NCBI RefSeq assembly: GCF_006345805.1
Contig: NW_021833865.1
Coordinates: 1 to 53,763 of the forward strand
DNA: 53,763 nucleotides
DNA from: Octopus sinensis
Lineage: Eukaryota
Reading direction: 5' to 3'
Each line of letters begins with the position of its first letter. The first letter of the stretch is position 1. This document shows positions 52,806-53,763 of the stretch, piece after piece. A model generated the notes under the pieces. That model was not told the origin of the DNA. It did no database searches and saw only the letters and a list, made by a program, of their open reading frames with translations. Both the position numbers and the translations under genes were made by a program.

Positions 52806-53391
52806 TCTTTCACCGATAGAGCAGTTGTATACTGTCCGCTTAAAGTGACAGTCCCATGAAGGGAATCACACCACCGCTATTTATAGCCGTACTCGTGTCT
52901 AGACGCTTCTATATTTGTATTCTAAATGTAAATATTTATATTTTTAAATACCTACAGTCAAAGAAATAACACATTGTCACCCTTTCCCTTAGTTTTAGAC
53001 GAAGCATTTGGTCCGAAATGTTAGATTCAACTCCTGATGACAATCAAACTTACCCACCTCTCATAAACTCGCCTAAATACTGCTTATTACCAACTCTAAT
53101 CTTCACCAAATTCCTTGTCGGCCCTGATTGAGCAGACCCACGACCAAAGCTTTTACATTCGTGACCATCCTGGTTTTTGATGGCTATCTAGGAATATATA
53201 TCTTATATGCGTCTTTTTTAGAAATAATACAAGAAAAGATGGAGTGTGGTTTGAGATAGATTTCGCTGGTATTTCTTGTAGGTCGAATGACTACACAGTA
53301 GCCTCGTTCGTTCACTCGTTATGTACCTTCTTTGGCTACCATGTGTAATTCAATTTACCTATTTCTTTACTACCCACAAGGGGCTATTCAT

Positions 53392-53520
53392 AATTGCCCA
53401 CGGGCATATGGCGTAGTGGTTAAGAGCGCGGGCTACAAACCTGTTTGGAATCGAACTCGGAATCTTGGGGTTTGTAGCCCGCGTTCTTTACCACCATGCC
53501 ATATGACCGTGGGCGTAATT
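53392..53520. repeat. Inverted duplication of a tRNA-like SINE head forming a long hairpin
   Basis: CCCACGGGCATATGGCGTAGTGGTTAAGAGCGCGGGCTACAAACC / GGTTTGTAGCCCGCGTTCTTTACCACCATGCCATATGACCGTGGG; the minus strand has A box TGGCATGGTGG and B box GAGTTCGATTCC. Confidence 0.85.
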
Positions 53521-53763
53521 CAATTTACCGGTCAATTGGTTAAATCTTCGTTCTGTTGCGAAATCAAAAAGACCTTTGCTCATTCTCACCTTTCATCATG
53601 TTCGGCTTTCATTTTCATAAAGCTCGCTAATTCCTTATAGTTTCAAAAGTTGGAAGATTTAAACATGGTGCTTATTCTTTCGTAAATTTTCTGTAACAAA
53701 TACAATTTGAAGGTTTGCAGTAATTCATCTATTTCTTAGAAAAAAATCCTTTTCAGAGTTGTG

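Noticed and set aside
52992-53026. Minimal hammerhead-like motif (TAGACGA-A..GAAATGTT)
   Set aside because: Core positions 3-4 altered and stem II mismatched; probably a dead relic, so not counted.

Overview
Eukaryotic, AT-rich, repeat-saturated non-coding DNA with no confidently identifiable host gene. The SINE families, microsatellite density and LINE types suggest a coleoid cephalopod, probably Octopus; this is inference from pattern recognition, with no database search. Contents: several tRNA-derived SINE families in dozens of copies; decayed LINEs (CR1/Jockey-like RT, R4/Dong-like); a Penelope-like GIY-YIG remnant; mariner/Tc1 deletion derivatives; hAT and Helitron/Helentron-like non-autonomous elements; a tRNA-Asp pseudogene; and many microsatellites, including a ~2.5 kb (TTA)n array. 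Nearly all supplied ORFs are microsatellite or SINE artefacts. The main unexplained signal is a set of about seven sequence-distinct type I hammerhead-ribozyme motifs on both strands. Most sit in short Penelope-like terminal units inside (TA)n tracts. They show palindromic or very short stem III, recurrent core variants (U4C, A6U, an extra A after A9) and one 61-nt stem II insertion, and several lie near long fold-back palindromes. All structures were folded by eye. Frequent single-base indels may partly be long-read error. Element boundaries are approximate.
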